A stretch of 64,000 nucleotides of DNA from Candidatus Bathyarchaeota archaeon (GTDB taxonomy: Archaea; Thermoproteota; Bathyarchaeia; Bathyarchaeales; Bathycorpusculaceae), in assembly GCA_963770935.1 (NCBI GenBank), contig CAVYRJ010000008.1, positions 128,001 through 192,000 on the forward strand, written 5' to 3'. Below are positions 1 to 9,903 of the stretch, piece by piece. Position 1 is the stretch's first letter. Each line of letters starts with the position of its first letter. Made by a program: the position numbers and the translations under genes. The notes under the pieces were generated by a model. That model saw only the letters and a list, made by a program, of their open reading frames with translations, was not told the DNA's origin and did no database searches.

Positions 1-114
1 TGGTTCATTGTCAAGCATAACACCGTAATCGCACACAACCTGAGTTTTTTCTGACTTAATAGTTACTCCGATTCTGCCGACTTCTCTGGCTCCACCTAAA
101 AATCCAACTTGCAA
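1..114 (-). CDS. 5' part of metallo-beta-lactamase/beta-CASP family RNase (runs off the window)
   Basis: Not in the ORF track. Manual translation from TTG at 114 gives MQVGFLGGAREVGRIGVTIKSEKTQVVCDYGVML, matching the FLGGAxEVGR...DxG start of beta-CASP nucleases. Confidence 0.8.
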   Translation of the reverse strand, partial: MQVGFLGGAREVGRIGVTIKSEKTQVVCDYGVMLDNEP

Positions 115-167
115 TCAGGACAAACCCCATTTGTTGATGTTAACGATTAAAAATGGATTATGCTGTT

Positions 168-779
168 TTAAAAATGTATTGACCCTCGGTTCAAATGTGC
201 AGAAACAGAACCTTTCTTGATCGCCCTCAAAATCTCATCCAGATTCAAAGAAGCTTCAACTTTGTTATAGACGCTGAATAATTCTGAAACTTGATGTGCA
301 TCGCTTCCTGCGGTAGCGGGCAAACCCAAGTTCTTAGCCAACTCCTTCGCTTCATTGTTTGCTTCTTTGCTTGAGCCGCCGTTTAAGGCTTCGATGGCGT
401 CAATCTTATAGTTTCTGGCACGTTCACCCATACCGTACGTTCGAAAGGGATGAGCTACAATAGAAACGCCTCCGATAGATTTAGCGAAATCAACGACAAC
501 TTCAGGCGTCCATGGCTTAGGAGGCAACTCGTAAGTGCCTAAAACGACAATATCCCCCTGCTCAGTGCTGATTTCCACACCTGGAATCACCAAAACATCT
601 GGGTAAGTAGAAGCCAGCTCAACTGTTGCCCTGCAACCGCGTACACTGTCATGGTCGGTGACGGCAGCAACCTTGATGAAGCTGTGCGCGACAAGCATAT
701 CCACGAGGGTTTTTGGTTGAATTATAGAGTCTGCCGAATAAATCGTATGAATATGAAAGTCGGCAAATAGAGGCTCTAT
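168..779 (-). CDS. PHP-domain phosphoesterase
   Basis: Motifs TDHD, GVEIST, AHP and GSDAH. The N-terminal DFHIHT motif lies in frame upstream of the ORF-track start at 704, so the gene is extended to a probable ATA start at 779. Confidence 0.85.
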   Translation of the reverse strand: MEPLFADFHIHTIYSADSIIQPKTLVDMLVAHSFIKVAAVTDHDSVRGCRATVELASTYPDVLVIPGVEISTEQGDIVVLGTYELPPKPWTPEVVVDFAKSIGGVSIVAHPFRTYGMGERARNYKIDAIEALNGGSSKEANNEAKELAKNLGLPATAGSDAHQVSELFSVYNKVEASLNLDEILRAIKKGSVSAHLNRGSIHF

Positions 780-795
780 AAGTAATTTCCCCGTT

Positions 796-984
796 TCAAG
801 GTGACGAATAGAATGTTTGGCTGCTGCCTATGTGTTCGTTTTTTTGTTTTTCAAGGTATTCTACTACGCTTTTTTCAACAACTTCACCAAGTTTATCCAG
901 TGACTGTTTAGGATATTTTTTTGTTACATAGGCGCGTAGTGTTTTCTCGGTTTCATCAGTTAAAGTAATTGTAATTTTTCCCAA
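796..984 (-). CDS. small ribbon-helix-helix (CopG-like) protein
   Basis: 62 aa; alternating beta strand KITITL followed by two predicted helices. Confidence 0.6.
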   Translation of the reverse strand: MGKITITLTDETEKTLRAYVTKKYPKQSLDKLGEVVEKSVVEYLEKQKNEHIGSSQTFYSSP

Positions 985-1372
985 TTAGTTATCACCTGAA
1001 TGCTTGTATTATGGTTGGAGAGACCTAACTATTAAAAGCATTGCTTGCATTCGAAGAATGCTCTTAGCTTGTTTTTTTTGGCGAAGACTATTAAGGTAAC
1101 AGTTTTAAGTTCAGCTAAGAGGAAAAATACTTCAATGGCAAATTTCAGTCTGATAGAGAACAGTTGTTGCAGTAAAGCAAGGCCAAAAAGTAAACCAGAA
1201 CAGATTTTTCCTTTTTGGAAAACAATTCTTGCTCAATCGACTTCTAAGCCTATTTGGTTGCCCCAATCAGTATCCGCTTGTAATCCGAAAGTTTTCCTTG
1301 CACCTTGCTGTGACTAAAATAAGATTGTCGGCATCGACTATTCTGGCAAAATGCAGCTTAAGCAGGCTTGAA

Positions 1373-3004
1373 CTAAGTTTTTTCGTTCAGCTGTTCCCGA
1401 AGAATGCTCTCTAAGCGGTTAAAAACCTCTCTACTGCCCTGCAAGTTGGCGTCAACAGAATCAAAATGTATATCGGTTGTTTTGCAAGTCTTTACGCATG
1501 TTTTTTTAACATTGTCGCTCCAGTATTGGGGGTTATTTAGCAGAACAATGCTCTTGTAAGTTGAACGTTTGATGTACTCGGCGGTTTGGTTTGCAACGTA
1601 ATCAATAGTTTCACAATCAAGTGGATGCGCTGTTTCATGCTGAGACAGAGGATAAACCTCATCTAGCTCCAAGGGAACCAAACCGAACGGAGCCGAATAA
1701 ACACAAACATGGACTTGGGAAGAGAGGTCTTTTCCTAAGCTTCTGAATAGCTGCCTGATTTTCTTGAACTCTGGCGCTTTATGGAACGGTTTGTTTCTGG
1801 TTTGAGGTACAAGCAAAAGCACCTTTGCGTCTTGGGGTGGGGTGTACCTTTCGGTTAGGCGTTTTTTGTAATGAGTGATTTCTGGTCGCGCTAGCCCTAC
1901 TGAGTCGAAGTAGAAGAAGCCGCTTGTTTTTGCTGTTGGGCTGTATTTTTCGAGGAAGTCTTCGTGACTGCGAAGATGCTTTAGCGCTGAAAGCAAGGCT
2001 GGGTGGGCATGGACGCGCATTTCGGTGTGTTCCCAAAGCCTCCCATTGCGTATGGCTTGTTTAATGCGTTTAAGTTCGGCTAGGCAAACGTAGAGGTTGT
2101 GTTCTGCAAGGAAAATTTCCCGTTCCTTTGGCACCTTCATTTCTAAGCCCCTTGGTGTTTCCATAGAACACCGTGGGCAGCTACATGGAAAATAATCTAG
2201 GTCATTTAAGCGCCATGTGCCGTTCTCAGTCATGTAACGGTTCTCCCGAGCATATAGTGCATAAGCTGCGGAATCAAAGAGGTCACAGCCCAATGCGACT
2301 GCCAAAGCGAACATTGAAGGGTGTCCAGCGCCAAACAGGTGCAGCGGACGCTCCAAAGGTAAACCTTTTTTGGCGGTTAATATCATGTCGGCTAGGACAT
2401 CGTAGCGGTAGCTTTCCATAACTTCAGTGGGACTTCCAAGCGCGTGGATTTGGAAGGGCAACTTCCCCATTTCAACCGCCGAATTAGCCACCAAATCCAA
2501 GTGTTTTCCACCTTGAACAGGTCCAACCCACAGGATGTCATCCCGCGTTTTTTCTTTGAAGAAAGCTTTTGCTCGTCTCAGGGTTTCTGCTACGGTTACT
2601 TCGGCTTGTTCTTTGGTGACTTTCCAGCCTGTGGGAATGTCAAGGATTGTGGCGATGTCGCTGCCGATGCCTTCTTGATAAGACACAATTTCTTTTTGAG
2701 AAACTTCGACGCCGCCGTAAACAAGAATTTGGTAAGCCCCCGAATCCGTCATGACTGACCCGTTAAAATCAAGAAATTTATGCAAGCCCATCTCAACTGG
2801 CTTGTTGTCATAGCGTTTCTTTAGGATGTAAGCGTTTGTTATGACTGCTTGAAAACCGAATGTGTCCTTGAGCTTTTGAGGCGGGATAGGTTGGATGCTG
2901 GGGTTGATTACTGGAAAAAGTAGCGGTGTTTCTACTGTGCCGCTTTTAGTTTTCAGTTTGCCGATTCTGCCCAGCAAGTCTTTTTCTTTTATTTCGAAGC
3001 TCAA
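1373..3004 (-). CDS. tgtA: archaeosine tRNA-guanine(15) transglycosylase
   Basis: GRIGKL..ETP, MTDSGAYQ, LDIPT, GPVQGG, HLFGAG, DLFDSAAY and CSCPRC zinc site. Confidence 0.95.
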   Translation of the reverse strand: MSFEIKEKDLLGRIGKLKTKSGTVETPLLFPVINPSIQPIPPQKLKDTFGFQAVITNAYILKKRYDNKPVEMGLHKFLDFNGSVMTDSGAYQILVYGGVEVSQKEIVSYQEGIGSDIATILDIPTGWKVTKEQAEVTVAETLRRAKAFFKEKTRDDILWVGPVQGGKHLDLVANSAVEMGKLPFQIHALGSPTEVMESYRYDVLADMILTAKKGLPLERPLHLFGAGHPSMFALAVALGCDLFDSAAYALYARENRYMTENGTWRLNDLDYFPCSCPRCSMETPRGLEMKVPKEREIFLAEHNLYVCLAELKRIKQAIRNGRLWEHTEMRVHAHPALLSALKHLRSHEDFLEKYSPTAKTSGFFYFDSVGLARPEITHYKKRLTERYTPPQDAKVLLLVPQTRNKPFHKAPEFKKIRQLFRSLGKDLSSQVHVCVYSAPFGLVPLELDEVYPLSQHETAHPLDCETIDYVANQTAEYIKRSTYKSIVLLNNPQYWSDNVKKTCVKTCKTTDIHFDSVDANLQGSREVFNRLESILREQLNEKT

Positions 3005-3108
3005 GGTGAAACCTAAACAAGAAGCATTGCTCTATTATAAAAAACATTAGCCTTTTAGACATCCTTATATCGCCTTGTTTATCTAAATACCCATCGAAGT
3101 GCACATTC

Positions 3109-3858
3109 ATGGTCTGCTCAATCGACATAAGCGAAAAACCAACTTTAAACGACCCTATCCTAATCGAAGGATTACCAGGCATAGGATATGTGGCCAATAT
3201 TGCAGCATTGCATTTGATTAAAGAGTTGAAAGCCACACGCTTTGTCCAGATCTTTTCTTCGTCTTTTCAGGATTTTGCAATAACTACTGGCGATGGCGGA
3301 GCCCGAACACCTATAAACGAACTCTATTACGTGAAGAGGGATGGGGAGCGCGACCTAATCATTTGGTATGGGAACACTCAGGCATTAACGACTGTTGGGC
3401 AGTACGAGTTAGTCGGCAAAGTGTTGGATATTGCGCAGGAGTTTGGCTGCCGCTTTGTAATTTCCATCGGCGGCTTCAAGAAAGATGAAGCACAGCCTGT
3501 TCCGGGGATTTACAGTACGGCGACGGATTTGGAGACGATGCAGCAGGCGCTTGATTTGGGCACAAAAGTTATGGTTGGACACGTGTTTGGAATTGCTGGT
3601 TTGTCGGTGGGACTTGCAGGGATTAGGGACCTGAAGGGCTTCTCGCTGCTTGTGGATACGCCCGGAATGAACCCGGACGTTAACGCTGCACGATACGCGC
3701 TGCTTACTCTGGGAAAATACTTGTACTTAGATGTTAATTTGTCCGGGCTGGAAGTAAGCGGTGACGAAATCAAAAAGATGCTTGAGTCCTTTGGCGTAAT
3801 CCGAAGCATTACAGAAGAAAAGAAGAAAGAGGAGCAGCAACTGCGCTGGTTTATTTAG
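3109..3858 (+). CDS. proteasome assembly chaperone (PAC2 family)
   Basis: ILIEGLPGIGYVANIAA N-terminal motif; 249 aa. Confidence 0.88.
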   Translation: MVCSIDISEKPTLNDPILIEGLPGIGYVANIAALHLIKELKATRFVQIFSSSFQDFAITTGDGGARTPINELYYVKRDGERDLIIWYGNTQALTTVGQYELVGKVLDIAQEFGCRFVISIGGFKKDEAQPVPGIYSTATDLETMQQALDLGTKVMVGHVFGIAGLSVGLAGIRDLKGFSLLVDTPGMNPDVNAARYALLTLGKYLYLDVNLSGLEVSGDEIKKMLESFGVIRSITEEKKKEEQQLRWFI

Positions 3859-4313
3859 GCTTTAGCTTCGCTCATGAATGTGTCGTAAACTTTCTGCACA
3901 CGGTCAGCGGCTGGACCTGAACCTTCCACTACGCCTTTCTCGGTTAGTTTTACTTTGTCCATAACCCAGATGAAACCCTTGTCATCGTAGAGTTTAACCA
4001 TGGTTGGGAAAACTTTTTCGAGTCTATTGGCTAGTGCTTTGAGGTCGAAGGGTTTCTCTGCACTGGATATTGACATGACAACAGATCCGTTGATGACTAG
4101 CCGGTTTAGGAGTCTTCCAGACTCGTCTTTTACATCGGCTAAGCTGAGACTTAGGTTGTCGGGGTTTATGCCGATGAGTGTGCCGTTGAATGTTTTTCCG
4201 TTAGTAGTGACGACAGCAACGTTTCTATCTGCCAACGCTGCCACATCTGTGAAGTATTTTCTTTGCGCTACAGACAACTTTTTTTTCTCCTTGATTGTTA
4301 CATGAAATTGCAT
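3855..4313 (-). CDS. Lsm/Sm-like RNA-binding protein with C-terminal extension (SmAP3 type)
   Basis: Sm1 (VAVVTTNGKTFNGTLIG..NLSL) and Sm2 (LVINGSVV) motifs plus a ~65-aa C-terminal domain; the start may be slightly downstream. Confidence 0.85.
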   Translation of the reverse strand: MQFHVTIKEKKKLSVAQRKYFTDVAALADRNVAVVTTNGKTFNGTLIGINPDNLSLSLADVKDESGRLLNRLVINGSVVMSISSAEKPFDLKALANRLEKVFPTMVKLYDDKGFIWVMDKVKLTEKGVVEGSGPAADRVQKVYDTFMSEAKA

Positions 4314-4546
4314 TACAACTATTTATCTTTAATAAAAATAGAAACCAAAAAGCATAGCGGTGAGCGTTTGTCGATTCTGTTAAAATGCAATTTAGGTCTT
4401 TTTTGGTTGTTTTCATGGGCTTTAGAAGAAATTTCTTTTTGGTTCGGTTTCAACAGGTTTTGTGGAGCAAACATTACCTATAAATTTGTATACTAAATAA
4501 AAAGAAAAAAGAATTGTTAAACGACTAAAGATGTTAGCTTAAAAGC

Positions 4547-4690
4547 TTAATATCTTCGTGGTGGTCTACGTTTTGAGTAGCATTCTCGGCAGTAAACTGG
4601 CCTGCTACCGTCTGGTTTGAATGGAACATCGCATTCTTTTCCGCAGTCTGCGCAGGTTGCCTTATGCATCTCTTTATTGCCATATGACAT
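4547..4690 (-). CDS. CxxC-x17-CxxC zinc-ribbon small protein
   Basis: Below the ORF-track cutoff. Manual translation: MSYGNKEMHKATCADCGKECDVPFKPDGSRPVYCRECYSKRRPPRRY (47 aa), with the VPFKP..RPVYC signature. Confidence 0.9.
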   Translation of the reverse strand: MSYGNKEMHKATCADCGKECDVPFKPDGSRPVYCRECYSKRRPPRRY

Positions 4691-4717
4691 TTCTATTTTT
4701 CACTTCCTTTTACTACT

Positions 4718-4735
4718 TTGCAAATTGATTTGCAA
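4718..4735. promoter_or_regulatory. perfect inverted repeat upstream of the CxxC gene (operator or leader hairpin)
   Basis: TTGCAAAT-TG-ATTTGCAA, 8-bp arms, about 28 nt upstream of the ATG at 4690. Confidence 0.35.
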
Positions 4736-4870
4736 CTTCTCTTAATGCAGAGCTTACTCTAAAGTCTATCCGTTGAAAATGTGAAAGTGCTACATTATAG
4801 CAAAAAAAAGAGCGATGAGATAAGCTGTAGCCAAATTAAGGGCTAGAAATTTTCTTAAGAAACAACTGTT

Positions 4871-6150
4871 TTAATTTTTTCTCTCAATTGTTTCGCCTTT
4901 CTGCTTAAGAAAAGCCATAGCGTTCGGCGGTAGGTCTCGCTCAACCATAAAGTTTGGTCCAATCCAACTGTTCATGCCTACCTTTACGCCCGGCATAAAT
5001 ATCGATTTGATGCCTGTTTTAACGTTGTCCCTATGACTGCTCCCAGTTTTCGTCTTCCTGTGTCCACCACTTGGTCTTTAACTGTCATTTTGATTGAGCG
5101 AGAGTCGAATCGATAGTTTGCTATTATAGTTCCTGCGCCCAAGTTGCATTTTTCGCCCAGAATGCTGTCGCCAACATAGGAGAGGTGCCCAACATGAGTG
5201 CCATCCATGATTATGCTGTTTTTGATCTCGCATGCGTTGCCGACACGAACTCTTTTGCCAACACTTGTGGCTGGCCGTATGTAACAGTTTGGTCCGATAT
5301 CTGCTTCTTCGTCTATGAAGACGGGACCTTCAATGTAGGCACCTGAGCGAACCCTCGCAGATTCCGCAACCGTGACTGGACCAATCAAATGCGCCCCCTG
5401 CTCCACCGTACCCGAGACTTTATGGTCCATGCGCTTAAGACCCCAAACATTCGCGTCAAGCAAATCCCAAGGTCTACCCACATCAAACCAATCGTCTTTG
5501 CTAAGTTCTGCTGCCAGAACCGTCTTTCCTTCCTCCGCGAGCATGGTTATGGCGTCGGTTAGTTCCCATTCACCGCGGATTGAGGCTTTGGTCTTCTTGA
5601 TTTTGTCGAAGATTTCTTTTGAAAAAGCGTAGATTCCTGCGTTTGCAAGATTCGATGGCGCAATTCCTGCGGTGGGTTTTTCCACGATGCGCTTAACTTC
5701 TCCTTCCGCGTCTTGCTCGATTATGCCGTAGCTTTCGGGCTTATCGACTGGAACTACGCCCAAGACTGCGGCTGTTTTTCCATTCTTAAACTGAGAAAGA
5801 ACTTTTTTTACCGAGTCTTGACCAAATAACAAATCCCCATAAATTAGAATAAAATCGTCATTCACGTATGGCTCTACGACTTCTGCGGCGTTGCCTGTAC
5901 CTAAAATCTCTTTCTGTTCAACGTATGTGAGTTTTAATCCAAGTTTTTCGCCGTCTCCAAAGTAGCTGTGTATTGAGTCGCCCATGTAATGAGTAACGAC
6001 TATGGCTTCAGATATTCCCGCCCTTTTGACAGCTTCTAAGCAGAACTGAAGGATTGGTTTACCTGCGATCTTGATGAGGTGTTTGGGTCGAGTTGCCGTT
6101 ATGGGCAAAAGTCGGACGCCTTCGCCAGCTGCTAAAAGAACTGCTTTCAT
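4871..6150 (-). CDS. glmU: bifunctional sugar-1-phosphate nucleotidylyltransferase/acetyltransferase (GlmU-like); frameshift near 5030
   Basis: LAAGEGVRLLP..RPK motif and hexapeptide repeats. Adding one G to the GGG run restores GAVIGDNVKTGI...MPGVKVG...IERKN* ending at 4871. Confidence 0.9.
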
Positions 6151-6151
6151 G

Positions 6152-7507
6152 TCATTGTGCCTCGATTTGTTTGTGTATTAGTGCTGTTGCCTTTTGGGTT
6201 ATATCTTTTGCCGCTTGCGGGGATTCTCCTTCGACTGTTAGACGGATGAGGGGTTCTGTGCCTGATGCCCGTACGAGTAGCCAGCCGTTTTTGAGGGCTA
6301 AGCGTGCGCCATCCACCGTGGAGTAATCCGTGTAGGTTGGGAACGCGGCTTTGAGAGCACTTCCGAGTTGCTCAACCAACAGGTATTTTTGTTCGTTCCT
6401 GCATGAGATGTTTTCCCTAAGCGTAATGTACTCAGGCACTTCGGCGATGAATTCCGAAACGCTCTTGCCTTCCTCTTCAAGTGCCGCAAGGAACAGGGCT
6501 GCCGAAAGCGGACCGTCAGGACAAAGGTGAAGTTGGGGATGCACCCAAGCACCGCAAGGTTCGCCACCGAAAACTGCGTCATTTTGTTTTATAGCTTCAG
6601 AAATGTAAATGTCGCCCACACGTGTTCGGACGACTTTGCCACCGTATTTTTCTGCCATCGTTTCCATACACATTGATGCTTCAACATTGGTAACTACGAT
6701 TCCGCCGCCATTACGCTTGAGTGCTAAAGCCCCGTAAGCTGCCAAGGAACGGTCAAAATTGACAAAGCCGCCGTTCTCGTCGACGAATGCAACTCTGTCA
6801 GCGTCGCCGTCAAAGGCAATGCCGATGTCTGCACTGAGAATTTTGACTATTTTTGCGAGATCTTGCAGCGACTCGGATGTAGGCTCGGATTTTCTGGCTG
6901 GAAAGTGCCCGTCTGGTTGAGCGTTTAATGCAGTTACTTTGCAGCCTAAGGCCTGGAGTATTTGTGGAGCAATGCTAAATGCGGCTCCGCATCCTGGGTC
7001 AACAACAACTTTCCATTGTTTTTTTAGGGAAACTGCCTGCTGTACCATGCCAATGTAAATCTGCCGTGCATCAACAAAACTAGCTTTGCCGAGCTTTCGC
7101 CAATCTGCAAGCGCAAAATTCCCTTTCGCCACAATTTCTTCCACAGCGTTTTGGTCATCATCAGTGTAGGAAAGATCGGCATTGAACACTTTTATGCCGT
7201 TGTATTGAGGCGGATTATGGGAAGCTGTAAGCATGAAACCAACATCTGCACCCAACGCTTTAGCTATATAAGCCAATACAGGAGTAGGAACAATACCCAA
7301 AAGTAAAACATCTATGCCGGTTGAAACCAAGCCTGAAACCAAGGCGTCCTCAATCATACAGCCTGAAACGCGTGTATCACGGGCTACAACAGCTTTTTTT
7401 GCTTTTGCATGAATTGCAACCGCTGAAGCAAGTTTGCACGCTAAGATTGGAGTTAAGTCGACATTTGCTAATCCTCTGACGCCTGAGCTTCCAAACAGTT
7501 TACCCAT
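6152..7507 (-). CDS. glmM: phosphoglucosamine mutase
   Basis: LFGSSGVRG, TASHNP, DGDADR, GGE and RASGTEP motifs; adjacent to glmU. Confidence 0.9.
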   Translation of the reverse strand: MGKLFGSSGVRGLANVDLTPILACKLASAVAIHAKAKKAVVARDTRVSGCMIEDALVSGLVSTGIDVLLLGIVPTPVLAYIAKALGADVGFMLTASHNPPQYNGIKVFNADLSYTDDDQNAVEEIVAKGNFALADWRKLGKASFVDARQIYIGMVQQAVSLKKQWKVVVDPGCGAAFSIAPQILQALGCKVTALNAQPDGHFPARKSEPTSESLQDLAKIVKILSADIGIAFDGDADRVAFVDENGGFVNFDRSLAAYGALALKRNGGGIVVTNVEASMCMETMAEKYGGKVVRTRVGDIYISEAIKQNDAVFGGEPCGAWVHPQLHLCPDGPLSAALFLAALEEEGKSVSEFIAEVPEYITLRENISCRNEQKYLLVEQLGSALKAAFPTYTDYSTVDGARLALKNGWLLVRASGTEPLIRLTVEGESPQAAKDITQKATALIHKQIEAQ

Positions 7508-7570
7508 TAATCTGCACCTGTTAATGCAAGGTAGTGTGTTGGTTGGATTAAAAAAGAATTTGGCAAAGCT

Positions 7571-8653
7571 CTAAATGTGCGTTCTTAGAAAATTAGCAAG
7601 TTTTTCTCTGGTCGGATGTAGCCCATCTGGATCTGAGAGGTAGCTTGCGGCGACAGCGTTTGCCAGCATCAAGCGGCACTCGTCAGAGAGCCCATTGTGG
7701 TCGCCTAAGATGTTTCCTGCATTCCAGGCATCGCCGGCGCCTGTGGCACGTAAAACTTTTACCTTAAATGTTGGAACCACAACCTCAAGTTTGCCTTTCA
7801 ATGTGGCTGAGAACTCGGTGGTGTGCAGATCAATCCGTGCTGAAACAAACTTAGCTAAAACCCGTGCGGCTTCCATAGCAAACTCTGCAAACCCCAAACG
7901 CGTTTGCTTCTCTTTCAAATCCAAATCGAGCAGACTCGCGTACGTTATCGCCTCGTTCTCATTCAAACTCAAGATATCGACTTTATCAGTTTTCAAAACC
8001 TTTTCCATCAAATCAGATGTCTCTTTAGCTTTGGGAGTTGGGTCAGCGGTATCGTAGTAAGTCTTACACTTTCCCCTCCGTTTTGCTCTCTCAAAAACGG
8101 CTTGAGCCAGCTCGGTGCCAAACTTTAATGTTCCTGCCCAATTAAAGAGGCACACGTAGTCAGCATTCTCAATTAGCGAATAATCGCGCTCGTCAAGGTT
8201 GGCTGGTCCAAAATCAGCTAAAGCGCCCAAGTCACGGAGCATAACGTTTGCTTTCTCGTCTTTGTTTTTAAACTCCAGAGCAGTTGTTATCGAGGCTTTG
8301 CCCAGGGTTTTAATGTGTGCGGTATCGATTGGGTTATTTTTGAAGTGGTATTTTATTTGTTGCAGTCCAAATTCGTTTGTACATACAATCGGGGTAACCT
8401 TAACGTCTAAGCTGGCTAAGGCTGATGCAACATTAATGGCGTTTCCTCCCCGAAGGTCAACCTGAGGGATTCCATCTAAACTACCGCCTTTCCGTTTAGC
8501 CACATCTGAAATCAAATCAGAAAATTGGTCGGTGCCCCATTCAATACTTATGAGTCGGTCAAGAAAAAAATCAGGCATAACCACGGCTTTGCAGTCTCTA
8601 AATTTTTCTTCCAGAAAACGCTGCAGTTCTTTTTTACATTCCGCTGACGTCAT
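7571..8653 (-). CDS. PfkB/ribokinase-family carbohydrate kinase
   Basis: GGNAINVA, NENEA and ATGAGDAWNAG motifs. Confidence 0.85.
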   Translation of the reverse strand: MTSAECKKELQRFLEEKFRDCKAVVMPDFFLDRLISIEWGTDQFSDLISDVAKRKGGSLDGIPQVDLRGGNAINVASALASLDVKVTPIVCTNEFGLQQIKYHFKNNPIDTAHIKTLGKASITTALEFKNKDEKANVMLRDLGALADFGPANLDERDYSLIENADYVCLFNWAGTLKFGTELAQAVFERAKRRGKCKTYYDTADPTPKAKETSDLMEKVLKTDKVDILSLNENEAITYASLLDLDLKEKQTRLGFAEFAMEAARVLAKFVSARIDLHTTEFSATLKGKLEVVVPTFKVKVLRATGAGDAWNAGNILGDHNGLSDECRLMLANAVAASYLSDPDGLHPTREKLANFLRTHI

Positions 8654-8743
8654 TTGAGGACTCCTTAATGTACATTTCCCAAAAAGCTAAAATAACCTTT
8701 TGATTTAAAATATGAATTCAGGGATAAGAAGAGGAGATAGGAT

Positions 8744-8968
8744 TTGAAGTTTAAAACTGAAGTTAGCTTGCTCTTTATTGCTATTACTTTGTTTTCAGTA
8801 GCTATGTTCTTCTATTCATACCAAAGCGGCGTTGGCGACATCATTTTAAGCCAAAGTTTAGCTTACCCATACAGAGGAATCGCATTGGCATTCGTGGGGT
8901 TTGGCTCAGTCTCCATGGTTACAGCTTCAATTTCCTATTCAAAACGAAGCAAAAACATCTTACAATAA
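8744..8968 (+). CDS. small two-TM membrane protein
   Basis: Two hydrophobic segments; GAGGAG ribosome-binding site upstream. Confidence 0.6.
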   Translation: MKFKTEVSLLFIAITLFSVAMFFYSYQSGVGDIILSQSLAYPYRGIALAFVGFGSVSMVTASISYSKRSKNILQ

Positions 8969-8977
8969 TTTTCAGGT

Positions 8978-9778
8978 TTAAGCGCCTATAACAAGCCTAA
9001 CCAACAACCATACAAAATCCCCAAGCACCAAGGCGACAACCAAACCTAAAGTAACAAAAATCAACATAGGCAACCCAGGCGTTGCCCAAACATAACCGTC
9101 TATTTTGCCTTCTTCAATAGCTTTGGATAAGCGTTCAACGACTTCGTCCCGCCCCTCATCATGAGGCACAATAGTAAGCTTGCGTTTTATGTTAACATCT
9201 TTGTCGTCGATATCTTCCATGGGAAAAATATGCCACTTCTCTTTAACCTTAGATACACTCATCTTGTAACCAGTAATAAGTACGAGAAACTTTTTCCCAA
9301 TCGACTCAGATACAAGGGAGCCTTGAAACATTTTAGTTTTAGTTTTTTTGTGCCAGAAAACATTGCGCAGTATCATGTATATGCCGCTTGCTGCTGCGAA
9401 CAGTACAGCATTACCGAATATTGTTATTGGAAAAATGAATTGTGATGTCGGTGATACTGCCTCAGCTATAAGAGGTGTAAATAATGCTAAAGGAGCAAAG
9501 GGCAAGGCAAGTGCGATGCACATGAGAGCTTTCGAGTCGGCGCCGCCAAAACCGCCAGCATAGAATAGCAAAAGCGCAAGTCCCGCTGTAATACCGAAGC
9601 TTAAACCGTAGAAGGGCAACTGGGAAGGCTCAAACAAAAGTAATTCGGCCAACGAAAGGGCGAGCGCTATGGGCGCATAGATTACCCAGACGCGATTGCT
9701 GACTTCACGGGTTTTGTGGTCTCTCCATGAAGCGTATGCCAATATGCCTAGGGAAACCGAAATGCTTGCCCCTGACAA
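8978..9778 (-). CDS. prepilin/preflagellin peptidase (A24, PibD/FlaK-like)
   Basis: SWRD..TREVSN, GGFGGADSKAL and C-terminal WATPGLPML motifs; the start may lie 7 codons upstream (ATT at 9799). Confidence 0.92.
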   Translation of the reverse strand: MSGASISVSLGILAYASWRDHKTREVSNRVWVIYAPIALALSLAELLLFEPSQLPFYGLSFGITAGLALLLFYAGGFGGADSKALMCIALALPFAPLALFTPLIAEAVSPTSQFIFPITIFGNAVLFAAASGIYMILRNVFWHKKTKTKMFQGSLVSESIGKKFLVLITGYKMSVSKVKEKWHIFPMEDIDDKDVNIKRKLTIVPHDEGRDEVVERLSKAIEEGKIDGYVWATPGLPMLIFVTLGLVVALVLGDFVWLLVRLVIGA

Positions 9779-9903
9779 GATTATTTGAAGTGTTTGAATA
9801 GATGATGCCCCTTTGGTTGTTGTTGCTTAGCTTGTTAATGGTTTTGTGCTAATAAGATTTTGTTAGTACCGCATCTTGCAATTAACGTAATCATTTTGGC
9901 GCG

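Noticed and set aside
1045-1414. Plus-strand ORFs of 90 and 61 aa between the RHH gene and tgtA
   Set aside because: No recognisable motifs; they overlap each other and the tgtA end, so probably spurious.
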